From positions 124,001 to 188,000 of IMG/VR virus record IMGVR_UViG_3300037725_000018: 64,000 nt of DNA; one strand, written 5' to 3'. The notes below the pieces were generated by a model. It ran no database searches, was not told the origin of the DNA, and was given only the letters and a program-made list of their open reading frames with translations. Both the position numbers and the translations under genes were made by a program. Of this stretch, positions 18,033-28,546 are shown piece after piece; positions within the stretch are counted from its first letter, which is position 1; each line of letters starts with the position of its first letter.

Positions 18033-18493
18033 TGAGATTGAAGCATGTACTCGTGAAAATCGTGTTCTCTTTTTCTTTCGATAAGAAAGTCTTCCAACGC
18101 GGAGGCGTCCGGGGCGTCTTCGATTGCATTTTCGATGATGTGGCTAAGAGCCTTATTTAGCCTATACAAATGGTTAATCATCGAAAGGTCTTGTCGGTCA
18201 GGCTCAAAACCTTCTTCGAACATATCATATTCTTGACGACGCGCAACGCTGTTTAACGTCTCCAAAGCTTCTGTAACTCGGGAACTTTCAAACTCAACTG
18301 TTCGGTCTAAGATCCGAATCTGTTCTCCGATTTCATCAAACCCGTCGTCAAGTTCTTCGTAAAGGTCTTGAAAAAGCTCGTGATATGACCGAAAGTTTTC
18401 GCCTCGAACGTTCCAGTGGCACCGTTGCGCCTTTAAACGAAGCGCAAGAGTGCCGTGTAGAATAACATGTAGATTTTCTATGTTCTTTTCCAT
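18017..18493 (-). CDS. dps: Dps/ferritin-like protein
   Basis: HWNVRGENFRSYHELFQDLYEE...DEIGEQIRIL. Confidence 0.88.
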   Translation of the reverse strand: MEKNIENLHVILHGTLALRLKAQRCHWNVRGENFRSYHELFQDLYEELDDGFDEIGEQIRILDRTVEFESSRVTEALETLNSVARRQEYDMFEEGFEPDRQDLSMINHLYRLNKALSHIIENAIEDAPDASALEDFLIERKREHDFHEYMLQSHLEGR

Positions 18494-18547
18494 ATCTCTC
18501 TATTGCTTTTAAATGTTCATCGTTTGTGACCTTCGCTTCCCCTTTTT

Positions 18548-18874
18548 TTAGGAAGTTGGGGTTGCGGTGTTTTTTGCCTTCTTAAACTTGTTTTGGTGGT
18601 CGCGGCGATTTGTAATCCGCTTCTCCCAAATTTCGTTAATGAGGTTCAAGACGTTCGAAGGGTTTTCCATCTGGTGAATCTTTTCTTCGTCTCCCTCGTC
18701 GGCTTCGGCAAGTTCATCGGCATACATGTGGTGAACAACAATGTCCGGTGCCTCTTCGATATCCGAATACTTTTCGGCTTCGGATTCGAAGTCCCGGTCG
18801 TATACTTCATTCATCGCGTCACGAAGATCCGAAGACTTCTCCTTTGCGTAATTTAGAAACTTGAGCTTGTCCAT
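18548..18874 (-). CDS. Hypothetical protein
   Basis: Class A promoter (-35 at 18964-18968). Confidence 0.7.
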   Translation of the reverse strand: MDKLKFLNYAKEKSSDLRDAMNEVYDRDFESEAEKYSDIEEAPDIVVHHMYADELAEADEGDEEKIHQMENPSNVLNLINEIWEKRITNRRDHQNKFKKAKNTATPTS

Positions 18875-18991
18875 GATAGCTTGTGTAACCTATGTTTAAG
18901 TTTTGTTGATAATGTAACGGGTTTGTGTTTCTGTAGTGGTTAAAACCACAAGAGAGCGCCATTGTTTCGTGACGCCCCCTTGAAGTTTTTG

Positions 18992-20959
18992 TTAATTGTT
19001 AATCTCAAACTCGATGTTTTCTCCCCTCTTTCGGCCAATGAGGTTTACATCTTTTTCTTCACCAATCTCGATTAGCTTCTCTGAAACTGGTTCTTCGATC
19101 ATCCGGCGAATGGCACGTTTTAGAGGACGTGCCCCGTATTCGCGGCTGTATCCTTCTTCTGCAAGAAGCTCTTTGGCCGGATCGGTGATTTCAAGATGAA
19201 TGTTCATTGAATCAAGCCGATCAAGAAGGTCTTCAAGTTCAAGATCAATGATTTCAAACACGTCGTCTTTTGAAAGCCCGTGAAAGATCACGTTGTCGTC
19301 AAGCCGATTTAGAAACTCCGGTGCGAAGTTACTTTTTAGCTTGTCGGTAACAACGCTTTTTACTTTTTCGTGGTCAAGGCTTTCCGAATCATCAGACTGG
19401 CTAAATCCAAGCCCATTTCCGGTTTGAATGATTTCAGACGATCCGATGTTTGAAGTCATGATGATAACCGTGTTTCGGAAGCTAACGGTACGCCCAAGTC
19501 CATCGGTAAGCTGCCCGTCGTCAAACACTTGAAGAAGCGTGTTGTAAATTTCCGGGTGAGCCTTTTCGATTTCATCCAAAAGAATTACGCTGTATGGTTT
19601 CCGACGAACCTTTTCTGTAAGCTGTCCACCTTGTTCATGTCCAACATATCCCGGAGGCGAACCAACCATGCGGCTTACGTTAAACTTCTCCGAATACTCG
19701 GACATGTCAAGCCGGATTAGGTTATCTTCGCTTCCAAACACCTCGTCTGCAAGCGTTTTTGCAAGGTGCGTCTTTCCAACGCCCGTTGGGCCAAGGAACA
19801 TAAACACACCGGACGGGCGATTTGGATCTTTCACTCCCGTTCGGCTACGGCGAACCGTCTTTGCAATTCTTTCAATTGCCTTTTCTTGTCCAACGACACG
19901 CTTGGAAAGAATGTCTTCAAGATTTAGAAGCTTCTCCCGTTCATCTTCATTGATGTTTGAAACAGGGACACCGGAAATCATCGAGATCACTTCGTGGATT
20001 TCTTCGTCTCTAACGTCAACAAACTGTTCGTCAAGACTTTTTCTCCACTCTCTACGCCTTTCGTCAAGACGGTTTTGAATTTCTTCTTGAAGATCCCTTG
20101 TTTGTGCGGCACGTTCGAAGTCTTGGGCTTGAACCGCGTCGGACTTCTTCTTTTTAATTTCATCAACTTTCTGTTCAAGCTCTTCAATTTCTTCTGGAAC
20201 TTGAACGTTTTGAAGATGAACGCGGCTTCCTACCTCGTCAATCACGTCAAGAGCCTTATCCGGAAAGTATCTTTCGGTAACGTAGCGCCCGGTTAAGTTA
20301 ATAATTTCTCTGATCTGACTGTCTTTAAACCGGACGTGGTGAAACTGCTCGTATGAGTCCCGAAGGCGGGAAAGAATCTCATACGTTTCTTGCGGAGAAG
20401 GTGGGTCAATGGCAATCTTTTGAAAACGCCGTTCAAGCGCCCCGTCTCCTTCAACAGACTCTCTATACTCGTCAAGCGTGGTCGCGCCGATGCATTGAAT
20501 ATCACCGCGAGCTAGAGCAGGCTTTAGAATGTTTGCGGCGTCTAGACCCCCACGGGTAGATCCTGCACCTACAAGAGTGTGAAGTTCATCAAGAAACAAA
20601 ATTACGTCTTCCCGGTCTTCAAGTTCGGAAATGATACCCCGCATTCGTTCTTCAAACTGTCCACGGTACTTTGTTCCTGCAACAATAGTGGACATTTCAA
20701 TAGAAACGATCTTTTTCCCGTCAAGGGCGTGGCTTACGTCATGGTTTTCAATTCGTTTGGCAAGCCCTTCAACGATAGCGGTCTTTCCCACTCCGGGTTC
20801 TCCGATAATGACAGGATTGTTTTTCTTTCGTCGGCTCAAAATTTGAGCCACACGCTGAATTTCTTTGTCTCTCCCGATAACCGGGTCAAGTTCGTTTTCA
20901 CGTGCAAGCTCGTTTAAGTTTGTGCCGAAGTTCTTTAGAGCACTTGACTTTTTTGACAT
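18992..20959 (-). CDS. clpC: ClpC-type Hsp100 ATPase lacking the N-terminal Clp-repeat domain
   Basis: [18 protein letters not shown]-type M-domain [18 protein letters not shown] ClpP-docking loop, YGARPLKR. Confidence 0.93.
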   Translation of the reverse strand: MSKKSSALKNFGTNLNELARENELDPVIGRDKEIQRVAQILSRRKKNNPVIIGEPGVGKTAIVEGLAKRIENHDVSHALDGKKIVSIEMSTIVAGTKYRGQFEERMRGIISELEDREDVILFLDELHTLVGAGSTRGGLDAANILKPALARGDIQCIGATTLDEYRESVEGDGALERRFQKIAIDPPSPQETYEILSRLRDSYEQFHHVRFKDSQIREIINLTGRYVTERYFPDKALDVIDEVGSRVHLQNVQVPEEIEELEQKVDEIKKKKSDAVQAQDFERAAQTRDLQEEIQNRLDERRREWRKSLDEQFVDVRDEEIHEVISMISGVPVSNINEDEREKLLNLEDILSKRVVGQEKAIERIAKTVRRSRTGVKDPNRPSGVFMFLGPTGVGKTHLAKTLADEVFGSEDNLIRLDMSEYSEKFNVSRMVGSPPGYVGHEQGGQLTEKVRRKPYSVILLDEIEKAHPEIYNTLLQVFDDGQLTDGLGRTVSFRNTVIIMTSNIGSSEIIQTGNGLGFSQSDDSESLDHEKVKSVVTDKLKSNFAPEFLNRLDDNVIFHGLSKDDVFEIIDLELEDLLDRLDSMNIHLEITDPAKELLAEEGYSREYGARPLKRAIRRMIEEPVSEKLIEIGEEKDVNLIGRKRGENIEFEINN

Positions 20960-21016
20960 ATTGGTTGATGTTTGTTAACTTGTTAATTGATCCAGTAACC
21001 TTTTGATAAAACTTCA

Positions 21017-21241
21017 CTAAATAGACAGGTTATCAAGCTTAGACTCGATAGAAGATTCTTTTTCTATCCGCTCGTTAATCTGTTCTCTAAAACTTTTAAT
21101 AACATTTGTATTAAACCACTTGTCTGTAACGACCTCTCCGGTTCTGTGTTTCACGATTTCAGACACCTTTACAGACTCTTCATCAAAGTCGTCAATGAAA
21201 ATAACATACGTGTCTCCTTCATGAATGACTTTGAGTTTCAT
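21017..21241 (-). CDS. Hypothetical protein
   Basis: ATG start MKLKVIHEG chosen. Confidence 0.6.
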   Translation of the reverse strand: MKLKVIHEGDTYVIFIDDFDEESVKVSEIVKHRTGEVVTDKWFNTNVIKSFREQINERIEKESSIESKLDNLSI

Positions 21242-21303
21242 TTTCAAAAAGAGTATCTTCAATATCCTTTCGAGTAACTATCGTGTCCGGAAACGGTGAA
21301 GAA

Positions 21304-21567
21304 TCAAGAACTTTGATTTTTCCCACCGTCTTTGAGAGGATACAACGGACTAGATTCTTGGGTTTTGTCATTGGTATGTTCATTTGAGTTTTCGTTTTGT
21401 TTCGAGCGTTTGGCCTTCATAACCGCTTTATAGCTGGAGATAAGGCCATTCATCATACCTAGAAAATCTTCATACTGCTCTTTCTCTAGATCGGTGACGT
21501 TGACTTCTTCTCCGTCTTCGAAACGCAAGATGAAGGCTTCCGCTTCTTTAGGGTTTCTGTTAGCCAT
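21304..21567 (-). CDS. Hypothetical protein
   Basis: ATG start MANRNP chosen. Confidence 0.6.
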   Translation of the reverse strand: MANRNPKEAEAFILRFEDGEEVNVTDLEKEQYEDFLGMMNGLISSYKAVMKAKRSKQNENSNEHTNDKTQESSPLYPLKDGGKNQSS

Positions 21568-21859
21568 AAATTTCTTCTTTGAGTTCTTCAATTCGTTCTT
21601 CGGCCTTGTCTCGCTCTACCAACTCTTCTGCAAACCCACCTTTTTTATCCGGCTTCGGGTAGACGATTTTAGCCATTCGCTTCCAATTCTTGTGACGCTT
21701 CTTTTTCTTTCGGTGTGCCATAACTTATTTATTTGTTTTCTGAATTAATATAGATTTCGATTGGTTTAAATACGCTCAATGCCACGGCAACGCAAAACAA
21801 AATCACCACCGCAGACACAAGAGCATATGGATCAGTCAAAACGAGTCTTAAAACTTCAC

Positions 21860-22474
21860 TCATATTTGAAATTCGGTGTGTTCATTGATAATGATTTTCA
21901 CGTAATCGTTTATGCTTCGTGCCGTGTATTTAACGTTTGACGTTTTTGTCTTGTTCCAAGGTTGAAGCATCAAAACGCCACTTCCCCCCGATGAAGAAAC
22001 GTCTAAAATGTTCTGCGGTTTATCGTCTAAAAGAAAGTCAAGCCCGAAAATAGACTTGTCTCCGTTCCGTGTAACAATTACGTTATCATACGGTATCGAG
22101 TGAAACCGGAGCCACTTAACGGTTGCTTCGGCCCTCGAATACACAGGCTGGTGTGTGCAAATAGACACTTCACACTCCGCAGCGTTTAAGATGTTATAAT
22201 ACTTAGAAAAATGGTTTCTTGCTTCGCTATACGCCTCGGCTTCCCGATACACTTTTCGAACAACCGTCTTTGAAGGGTTGTTGAACATTTTTTCATCAAA
22301 GTGCTCGTACACCGACCCGTTAAAGGGTTTCATTGACCTTTTAAAACTCCAGCTATTTGAAATACCCTTTTTGAAAAACTGTCCGTACTCCGGGTATTCT
22401 TCTTTATAAACGTCAATGACGCGATCTCTTAGCTTCCGAAGAACTCCGTCTACGTCAAATCCTACATGTAACAT
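21860..22474 (-). CDS. HAD-family 5'(3')-deoxyribonucleotidase-like
   Basis: GFDVDGVL, LLDDKP, QPWN. Confidence 0.85.
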   Translation of the reverse strand: MLHVGFDVDGVLRKLRDRVIDVYKEEYPEYGQFFKKGISNSWSFKRSMKPFNGSVYEHFDEKMFNNPSKTVVRKVYREAEAYSEARNHFSKYYNILNAAECEVSICTHQPVYSRAEATVKWLRFHSIPYDNVIVTRNGDKSIFGLDFLLDDKPQNILDVSSSGGSGVLMLQPWNKTKTSNVKYTARSINDYVKIIINEHTEFQI

Positions 22475-22488
22475 ATGTTTTTCCGTAC

Positions 22489-22947
22489 TTATGCTGAAAT
22501 TTTTTGGGCTTTCTGTGGATCTAAGTCGTAGTATGAACTAACAATCGTCTTTAGATCGTTAAACCAATCTACGCCGTGTTTTTCAATAATGTTTTTGAAG
22601 TCCTCAACGTCGTGTTTTTTCGTCTTGAAGTTGTATTCACCCCTCTTTTCAGAGTATTCGGGATGAATGTGTTCAAGCTCATGCCACGTTAAAATGTAGC
22701 GCCGATCTTTATCAAGCTCATCCCAAATCTCTCCGGACATTTCAATGATGTAGTCCGCATTTGAAAAGAAGTGCTCTCGGTTGTTTGCAACTCGGCACTT
22801 TCCGACCGTCGTTTTCGATATGTATGGATACACTTTTACATATCGAACTTTACACATCGAAAGGTCGATTCCTTCTTGCTTAATAACTTCTTGCGCTACT
22901 TGTTCAACGTCGGGTGCTTCTGTATACTCTTTTGTAGACCTATACAT
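22489..22947 (-). CDS. Putative phage metallopeptidase
   Basis: HELEH then HDVEDF...IEKHG. Confidence 0.8.
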   Translation of the reverse strand: MYRSTKEYTEAPDVEQVAQEVIKQEGIDLSMCKVRYVKVYPYISKTTVGKCRVANNREHFFSNADYIIEMSGEIWDELDKDRRYILTWHELEHIHPEYSEKRGEYNFKTKKHDVEDFKNIIEKHGVDWFNDLKTIVSSYYDLDPQKAQKISA

Positions 22948-23041
22948 GATATTTCGATTGTGGTTTTAGGTTTATTTGCATCCATATATAGCCACAACCG
23001 AAATACCCCTTGGAAAGCCCGTTTTGTCCCACTTATTGCGT

Positions 23042-23323
23042 TTACTCTCCGTCTTCAAGTCGGTTTCGCTTTCTTTGAAGCTTGTGATAAATCTGGTTGA
23101 TTTCCCGCATACGCTCTTGACTAAGCTCAGAATCCCTCTTGTACTGTTCAAGAGACTCGATAAGCTCAATGACTTCTTCCGGAATCAAAACGTCCGGGAA
23201 TTCTTCACCGGACTGGTCCGATTCCATCATGTCAGTTTCCATCGCAAAGTCAACGACCTTTTGAAGCTTTTCAAGAATCTTGTCTTGACTGTTCTTTGTG
23301 CTTGTGCTGGTATTGGTAGCCAT
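23042..23323 (-). CDS. Hypothetical protein
   Basis: Co-oriented ATG ORF. Confidence 0.65.
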   Translation of the reverse strand: MATNTSTSTKNSQDKILEKLQKVVDFAMETDMMESDQSGEEFPDVLIPEEVIELIESLEQYKRDSELSQERMREINQIYHKLQRKRNRLEDGE

Positions 23324-23370
23324 AATGTAGCTTCTGTGTTTGAGTTGTTGAAAATAGATTCGGTCCTGTT

Positions 23371-23796
23371 TTATTCACTCATTTGAACAACCTCTATCCC
23401 GGCTTGTTCCAAAAATCGAAGAGATTCATCTTTTCTATACTTTTCTTCGTAGACAACGCGAACAATTCCGGCTTGGTGAACAAGCTTCGAGCAAGAAAGG
23501 CACGGCTGCATTGTGCAATAGATGGTGCCGCCCTCTGCGGAATTTGTGGATTTTGCAAGCTTTGTAATTGCATTTGATTCGGCGTGAAGCACAACGTCTT
23601 TTGTGCTTCCACTTTCATCTTCGCAGCAGTTTGTATGCCACCCGGCAGGAGTCCCGTTATAGCCTTCAGAAAGTATTTGTTTGTCTTTTACTACAATGGC
23701 CCCCACCTTCTTTCTTTCACACGTTGAGCGCCTGCTAACAACCTTAGCAATCTCCATATACATCCGGTCTAAGCTTATTCGGTTTACTGCTTCCAT
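23371..23796 (-). CDS. dCMP deaminase
   Basis: RSTC..KVGA, GYNG, HAE, PCLSC. Confidence 0.92.
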   Translation of the reverse strand: MEAVNRISLDRMYMEIAKVVSRRSTCERKKVGAIVVKDKQILSEGYNGTPAGWHTNCCEDESGSTKDVVLHAESNAITKLAKSTNSAEGGTIYCTMQPCLSCSKLVHQAGIVRVVYEEKYRKDESLRFLEQAGIEVVQMSE

Positions 23797-23960
23797 TTTT
23801 CGTATTCTGTAAACTGTCCTTTAATCGTGCATTTATGGTCTTGAATGCCGTGGTCTTTGTGAGAACTCATTGTATCTGTAATTGCAATGTGGTCTACAAT
23901 GTTTTCTCTAATGAAATTCCAGTTATCAACTAAGCTAAGTTCTTCAAAAATAATATGCAT
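23784..23960 (-). CDS. Micro-protein family (MHIIFEE)
   Basis: Family N-motif. Confidence 0.6.
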   Translation of the reverse strand: MHIIFEELSLVDNWNFIRENIVDHIAITDTMSSHKDHGIQDHKCTIKGQFTEYEKWKQ

Positions 23961-23961
23961 A

Positions 23962-24213
23962 TCACTCAAATATCCAAACGTTTTTTACGTGCCCAACTTC
24001 AAAAGCGTCTTTGATTCTCCATTTGATCCGATCTTTTGAAGACTGGTTGTAGTCGCTTGTAAGTCGCACGTCCCTTGGGTCGTCTCCGTAGCTAATTTGG
24101 TAGGTCTTGTATTTTCCAATGTCAATTCGAACCCACCTTGGGCGATCTGTTTCAAAGATAATTGAACGACCGGGATACTTCGCTAACAGTTTCGTAAACT
24201 CATTTTCTTTCAT
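23962..24213 (-). CDS. Hypothetical protein (internal SIIFE resembles family motif)
   Basis: Tightly packed ORF. Confidence 0.6.
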   Translation of the reverse strand: MKENEFTKLLAKYPGRSIIFETDRPRWVRIDIGKYKTYQISYGDDPRDVRLTSDYNQSSKDRIKWRIKDAFEVGHVKNVWIFE

Positions 24214-24214
24214 T

Positions 24215-24472
24215 TCAAATACAGTATTTCACATGTTCTTCGATGCTTTCTTCAACGCCTCCGGTGACAAGTTTCTTGTTCGCTTTGTCATACTGGATAA
24301 TCTTTGCTAGGTATGACACGTCTTTGAAAGATTTATTCTTGCTTTTTTTAAGCTCTCGGTCTTTTCTGTAGATACGGTCTGAAGCTCTAAAGAAGTTAGA
24401 AAGCCATCCGTCTTTTCCAATTTGACGTTCCATTTGATTGATTCCGGAACGATGCTCGATAACTAAAATCAT
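24215..24472 (-). CDS. Micro-protein family (MILVIEH)
   Basis: Family N-motif. Confidence 0.6.
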   Translation of the reverse strand: MILVIEHRSGINQMERQIGKDGWLSNFFRASDRIYRKDRELKKSKNKSFKDVSYLAKIIQYDKANKKLVTGGVEESIEEHVKYCI

Positions 24473-24477
24473 GTCTG

Positions 24478-24855
24478 TTACTTTACCTTGCTTTCAATTT
24501 TTAGCTCACCGCCACCCCACTCTTGACCGTCGCTTTTTCGAAACTTCGTGCCCGAACTTGTTTGAATCTGTCTGCTTGTTACGGACGTAACTTCTTCCAT
24601 GTCGCCGTTTACGATAACATGATCCCCTGCAGAAAGAGAGGAAAAATCTTCAATCGGATTTAGATGCTTTTCCTTTTCAGAATCGGAAACGTCGTCTGGA
24701 TCAAACACCTTAACAACTTCGTGCCCGTCCGGTTTTAAATTTTCAGAAGGTTGAATTGCTAGTACCCCTTCTTTGGACCGAAGGACCCGAATCGGCTTTT
24801 GTTCTCGGATACACTTTTTCTTTGCAAACTCCAAAACACTTTGTTTGTGGCTCAT
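24478..24855 (-). CDS. Hypothetical protein; C-terminal part resembles that of 33968-34390
   Basis: GDHVIV..EVTSVT..FRKSDGQEWG vs DDVVFV..EVTSRS..FVRRTGKVWG. Confidence 0.7.
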   Translation of the reverse strand: MSHKQSVLEFAKKKCIREQKPIRVLRSKEGVLAIQPSENLKPDGHEVVKVFDPDDVSDSEKEKHLNPIEDFSSLSAGDHVIVNGDMEEVTSVTSRQIQTSSGTKFRKSDGQEWGGGELKIESKVK

Positions 24856-24860
24856 GTTTA

Positions 24861-25544
24861 TTAATTGTTTTCTAAAAACTTATTAACAAGCTGTGCGTTT
24901 TTCGTGAGAAGAGGAAACGAAATTTCAAATCCCCTCTTCCAATATTTTAGCACACGTTCAACTGAAAACACGTAGCGATCCTCTCCGTGTCCGGGAAAGT
25001 TCACGTCTCTCATTACCCGGTCTTTCATTGTCTGTTTCCACTCTCGGGTATATAGCATGTGAAGGTCTCCAAACCGCAAGTTTGTGTGGTCTTCCGACGC
25101 TTTCTTTACAACGCCAACGCAGACCGGAGAAAGATCAAAGTTTGAAAGCGTGTTTGAAAAACTCTTTGAAATAAGTTTTGTAACGTCTAAGGTGTATGTT
25201 TCCCCACCTTCAAGAACCTTATACCCCGTCGAGTGATCCGAAGACCATTCAACATAAGCGTTGTAGTTTGAATTTAGCTGTTCAACAAACTTTTTTCGGT
25301 CTTCTTGGGACAAGAAATAATAGTCAACGTCTTTTGTGTTCCATTCCGGATCTTCATGCTTGTCGCTTGCTTTGAGAACAGACTTTAAGACCCGCCCCCC
25401 CGAAACCATGCAATCGATTCCGGGGGGAATAAATTTCAAATGCGTCCACAGGTCTTTAAAAACAGACTTGACCTTTTTTCGCTTTTGCCCTTCTAGATCT
25501 GAAAGTCGAATACGTTTCATATAATCTATTTCCATAGTTGACAT
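24861..25544 (-). CDS. Pol-beta-fold nucleotidyltransferase (tRNA nucleotidyltransferase-head-like)
   Basis: VSGG, KDVDYYF, NFDL, RVLKYWKRGF. Confidence 0.7.
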   Translation of the reverse strand: MSTMEIDYMKRIRLSDLEGQKRKKVKSVFKDLWTHLKFIPPGIDCMVSGGRVLKSVLKASDKHEDPEWNTKDVDYYFLSQEDRKKFVEQLNSNYNAYVEWSSDHSTGYKVLEGGETYTLDVTKLISKSFSNTLSNFDLSPVCVGVVKKASEDHTNLRFGDLHMLYTREWKQTMKDRVMRDVNFPGHGEDRYVFSVERVLKYWKRGFEISFPLLTKNAQLVNKFLENN

Positions 25545-25557
25545 TTGATTGGTCCTG

Positions 25558-27459
25558 TTATTTTTCAAGGAACTTGTCGTTTAGCGTCTTTGAAACAGAG
25601 TGGACTTCGGTGACAGGAATGAACTTCGAGTCCTTTCCGTACATGCGCTCAAATGCGTCGTTGCCACCGCTTTGAAATCCTCCGTCGTCCCCGATGAAGT
25701 ATCCAAGAATATCCACGTCTTCATCCCGCATTTCTCCAACCATTCGGGCAGTGTGCTTGATTGCGGATTCTCCACCGTACCGACCGGAGTTTGTGGACAT
25801 TCCCGGATATCCGTCGCTGTAGTTTAGGAAGTAGGTGCTTTCGGCCTTGTTTGCGTTTTGCTTGATTTCCTCAAGCGTAGCTTCGTAGCAAAGACCCTCC
25901 GGCGTCTGTCCAGCGGAATGTAGGTGAGGCCAAAACTTGCGGATATGGGCAAACTTGTTCTTTGAAGAGTCGTAGCCGACAAGAACAAGAGGACGCCCGT
26001 TGTGGGTACTGCGGAAAGAAACAGTAACTTCGATGTTGTGAACCTCATCTGCGGCCTTGCAGATTGCCACAACGCTCTTTACCGTTTTCTTCCACTTCTC
26101 TCCGCTCATGCTACCGCTTGCATCTACAGAAATGTGAAGATATGCATCTCCATACTCTTCAACGTTTGTTTGCTTAAAGAGTCGGTTATTGTAACCGATT
26201 TCCGCAAGCATATTTCCGTCAAGCTTTCCACGGCGGCGGCGGGTATTAGTCCACCGCTTCACGTCGTCACGGACTTGAATCTTCTTTCCAAGGCGCTTTC
26301 CAAGGATCATTCCTTCTCGAACCGCTTCGTATGTCCGGTCGTTAGTGTTTTTGCTAATCATCCCGAACATTTCTTGATCAACCATCTTCTGGCTGATGTT
26401 CCGGACAACGTAACAGCTTGTGCGGGGAACCGAACCGGAGTTGTTGTAATGTCCACCACCACCTTCCCGGCTCTTGTCGTCGGAACTTGACTCTTCCCCA
26501 CCGACCTCCATTTGGTTCGTTTGGGTTTCGGAGAAAATGTCAATTTCGATTGCGGTTTCTCCGTCGATTTCTTCCTTGTCAATGTCACCCTCGGCAAAGT
26601 CAATTTGGTCAAGGAAGTCCTCCCCCATTTCTTCAAGCATTTCTTTCAATGCCTCTTCTGCTTCCTTTTTCATCTGTTCCGGGTCCTTTTTCATGTGGTC
26701 CGGAATTTCTTCATCGATGTTATCAACCATGATTTCAAACACGTCCAACGCAACCTTAAATGCATGTTCGGTTGTGTCAATGCGCCGGATGTTCTTTAGG
26801 TCAATGGTCTTGATAATGTCTTCAAGACCGTCAAGGCGACCGGAATTGCGGTAAACCTCGTTGTTTGAAATATTGGTTGTGTGAAAAAGGTAGTTGTTCC
26901 AATTCTCTTCGCTAAGGTCTACCTTTTCACCGTTATCCTTTTCGCGGTACCCGCGCTTTAGGTCTTCGTTGATTTCTTCGGAGTTCCAATACCGCTCGTA
27001 CATGTCGTCATAATACTTGCGGTATCCGGGGCTATTGTCATACACCCATTGGTCAATTCGGCGGTCTTCAACCACGTTCCAAATGTGCTTGACAATCTTT
27101 TTGATTGCTTCGTGGTTGAAGTTTAGCTTCTCTGCCTTTTTGTAAAGCTCGTCGGAAACGTAGCTTTCCGGGTTTTCAAGAAAGTCGTAAAAGAAATCAA
27201 AGTCTGTAAGGCAGATGTGAGAACCTTCGTGAAGAGCAGTCCCCACGACAGAGTTCCACGTTTCATCGGTGATTTCTCCACCGATCACAACCTTTTCTCC
27301 ATCGGTGTACGAACGCTCGTTCTCGTCTTTTGTGTTGTACTTAACCGGAATGTTTTCTCCGGTAAGCACACGAACGTACTGAGAGATTGAGCTTTTTAGA
27401 CGCGCCATTTTAAGCGTGTCTTTGCCAAGCTTTGAATTTGATCCTGTTCCGTAAAACAT
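25558..27459 (-). CDS. Metallopeptidase-like plus VWA domain protein (CobT-like MoxR partner)
   Basis: ALHEGSH, NVVEDRRID, MIDAS DASGSM, GQTPE, SDG. Confidence 0.85.
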   Translation of the reverse strand: MFYGTGSNSKLGKDTLKMARLKSSISQYVRVLTGENIPVKYNTKDENERSYTDGEKVVIGGEITDETWNSVVGTALHEGSHICLTDFDFFYDFLENPESYVSDELYKKAEKLNFNHEAIKKIVKHIWNVVEDRRIDQWVYDNSPGYRKYYDDMYERYWNSEEINEDLKRGYREKDNGEKVDLSEENWNNYLFHTTNISNNEVYRNSGRLDGLEDIIKTIDLKNIRRIDTTEHAFKVALDVFEIMVDNIDEEIPDHMKKDPEQMKKEAEEALKEMLEEMGEDFLDQIDFAEGDIDKEEIDGETAIEIDIFSETQTNQMEVGGEESSSDDKSREGGGGHYNNSGSVPRTSCYVVRNISQKMVDQEMFGMISKNTNDRTYEAVREGMILGKRLGKKIQVRDDVKRWTNTRRRRGKLDGNMLAEIGYNNRLFKQTNVEEYGDAYLHISVDASGSMSGEKWKKTVKSVVAICKAADEVHNIEVTVSFRSTHNGRPLVLVGYDSSKNKFAHIRKFWPHLHSAGQTPEGLCYEATLEEIKQNANKAESTYFLNYSDGYPGMSTNSGRYGGESAIKHTARMVGEMRDEDVDILGYFIGDDGGFQSGGNDAFERMYGKDSKFIPVTEVHSVSKTLNDKFLEK

Positions 27460-27595
27460 ATTTTTGAAGCCTCTTGTTTTTGAAAAATGTTTTCCCGTTT
27501 CAAAAGCCAGCTCTTTGATAAAAAAGCTGACCGGACAAGTGTTTGTTGTTTACACAAACACCTGCCAAGTCAGCTTGTTCCACCACTGGCTTTCT

Positions 27596-28546
27596 TTAGA
27601 TAGACGGAGCGTTCTGGATTTCTTCGTCGGTGAAGATATCCTCGAAGTCTTCGTCTACCCGAACATCTTCGTAGCGTTCAACGATCTTTTCGACCTTGCT
27701 ACGCTCGGAATCTTCTCCCATGTCATCATCGTAGAGAGGATAGATAAGAAGCTCTGCGGCTTCATGGAAGCTAAATCCATCCCGAACAAGCTCTGCCATT
27801 TCAATCGTTTGGCGCGTCGAAATAATCCGGTCAAGGATAGAGGATTCGTTGTCTGCCTCGCGCCGCGTGTCGTTTGCGACCTTAGCGATATACATCAAGG
27901 CATTTTCATCCACGTCCGGGAACTTCGTCTTCAAAAGGTCAAACTCTTCTTCGTCGTCAAGAAGATCCGTTTCGATGTAAGTGAAACGATCTTCAACGGC
28001 CCGGTCGAGCGCCCGTGTTGCCGTGTACGCGCTTCCGATGTTTGCCGTTGCGATGAAGGAAACGGACGGATGAACCCGAACGATGTTCTCTTCTCCCTCC
28101 GAATCGTCTTCGTCAAGGCGAAGGTAACGCTGCTTTTCGTCAAGCACCGTCATGAGGATGTTCCACGCTTCGTGCCCTCCACGGGTAAGCTCGTCCAAAA
28201 GAATCACCGGACCATCTTCCCGCTGAATCGCCCGGACAAACTCCGATTCGTGAAAGTACGTCGAACCGTCGTCTGCCTCCCGCGTCCCGATAAGAGCCGA
28301 ACGCGGGTCCTGCATCGATCCAATGTTGAACCGAACAAGTTCCCGATCAAGATACTGTGCGGCTTGGTACGCGCCTTCGGTCTTACCGCAACCGGAGTGA
28401 CCGATGAACATGACGTTCTTGCCCCGAAGGATAGAGCGAAGAAGATGCTTCCACTTCAGGTCTTTAATCTTGTAGTTCTCCGGTGGAGTCGCGTTGTGAA
28501 TAATGTTTCGAATCTCCTTCGGAGAAGTGACTTCAGTAGAATCCAT
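27596..28546 (-). CDS. MoxR/CbbQ/CobS-family AAA+ ATPase
   Basis: GHSGCGKT, ILLDELTR, FIATAN, LDRAVEDRF, ISTR. Confidence 0.9.
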   Translation of the reverse strand: MDSTEVTSPKEIRNIIHNATPPENYKIKDLKWKHLLRSILRGKNVMFIGHSGCGKTEGAYQAAQYLDRELVRFNIGSMQDPRSALIGTREADDGSTYFHESEFVRAIQREDGPVILLDELTRGGHEAWNILMTVLDEKQRYLRLDEDDSEGEENIVRVHPSVSFIATANIGSAYTATRALDRAVEDRFTYIETDLLDDEEEFDLLKTKFPDVDENALMYIAKVANDTRREADNESSILDRIISTRQTIEMAELVRDGFSFHEAAELLIYPLYDDDMGEDSERSKVEKIVERYEDVRVDEDFEDIFTDEEIQNAPSI

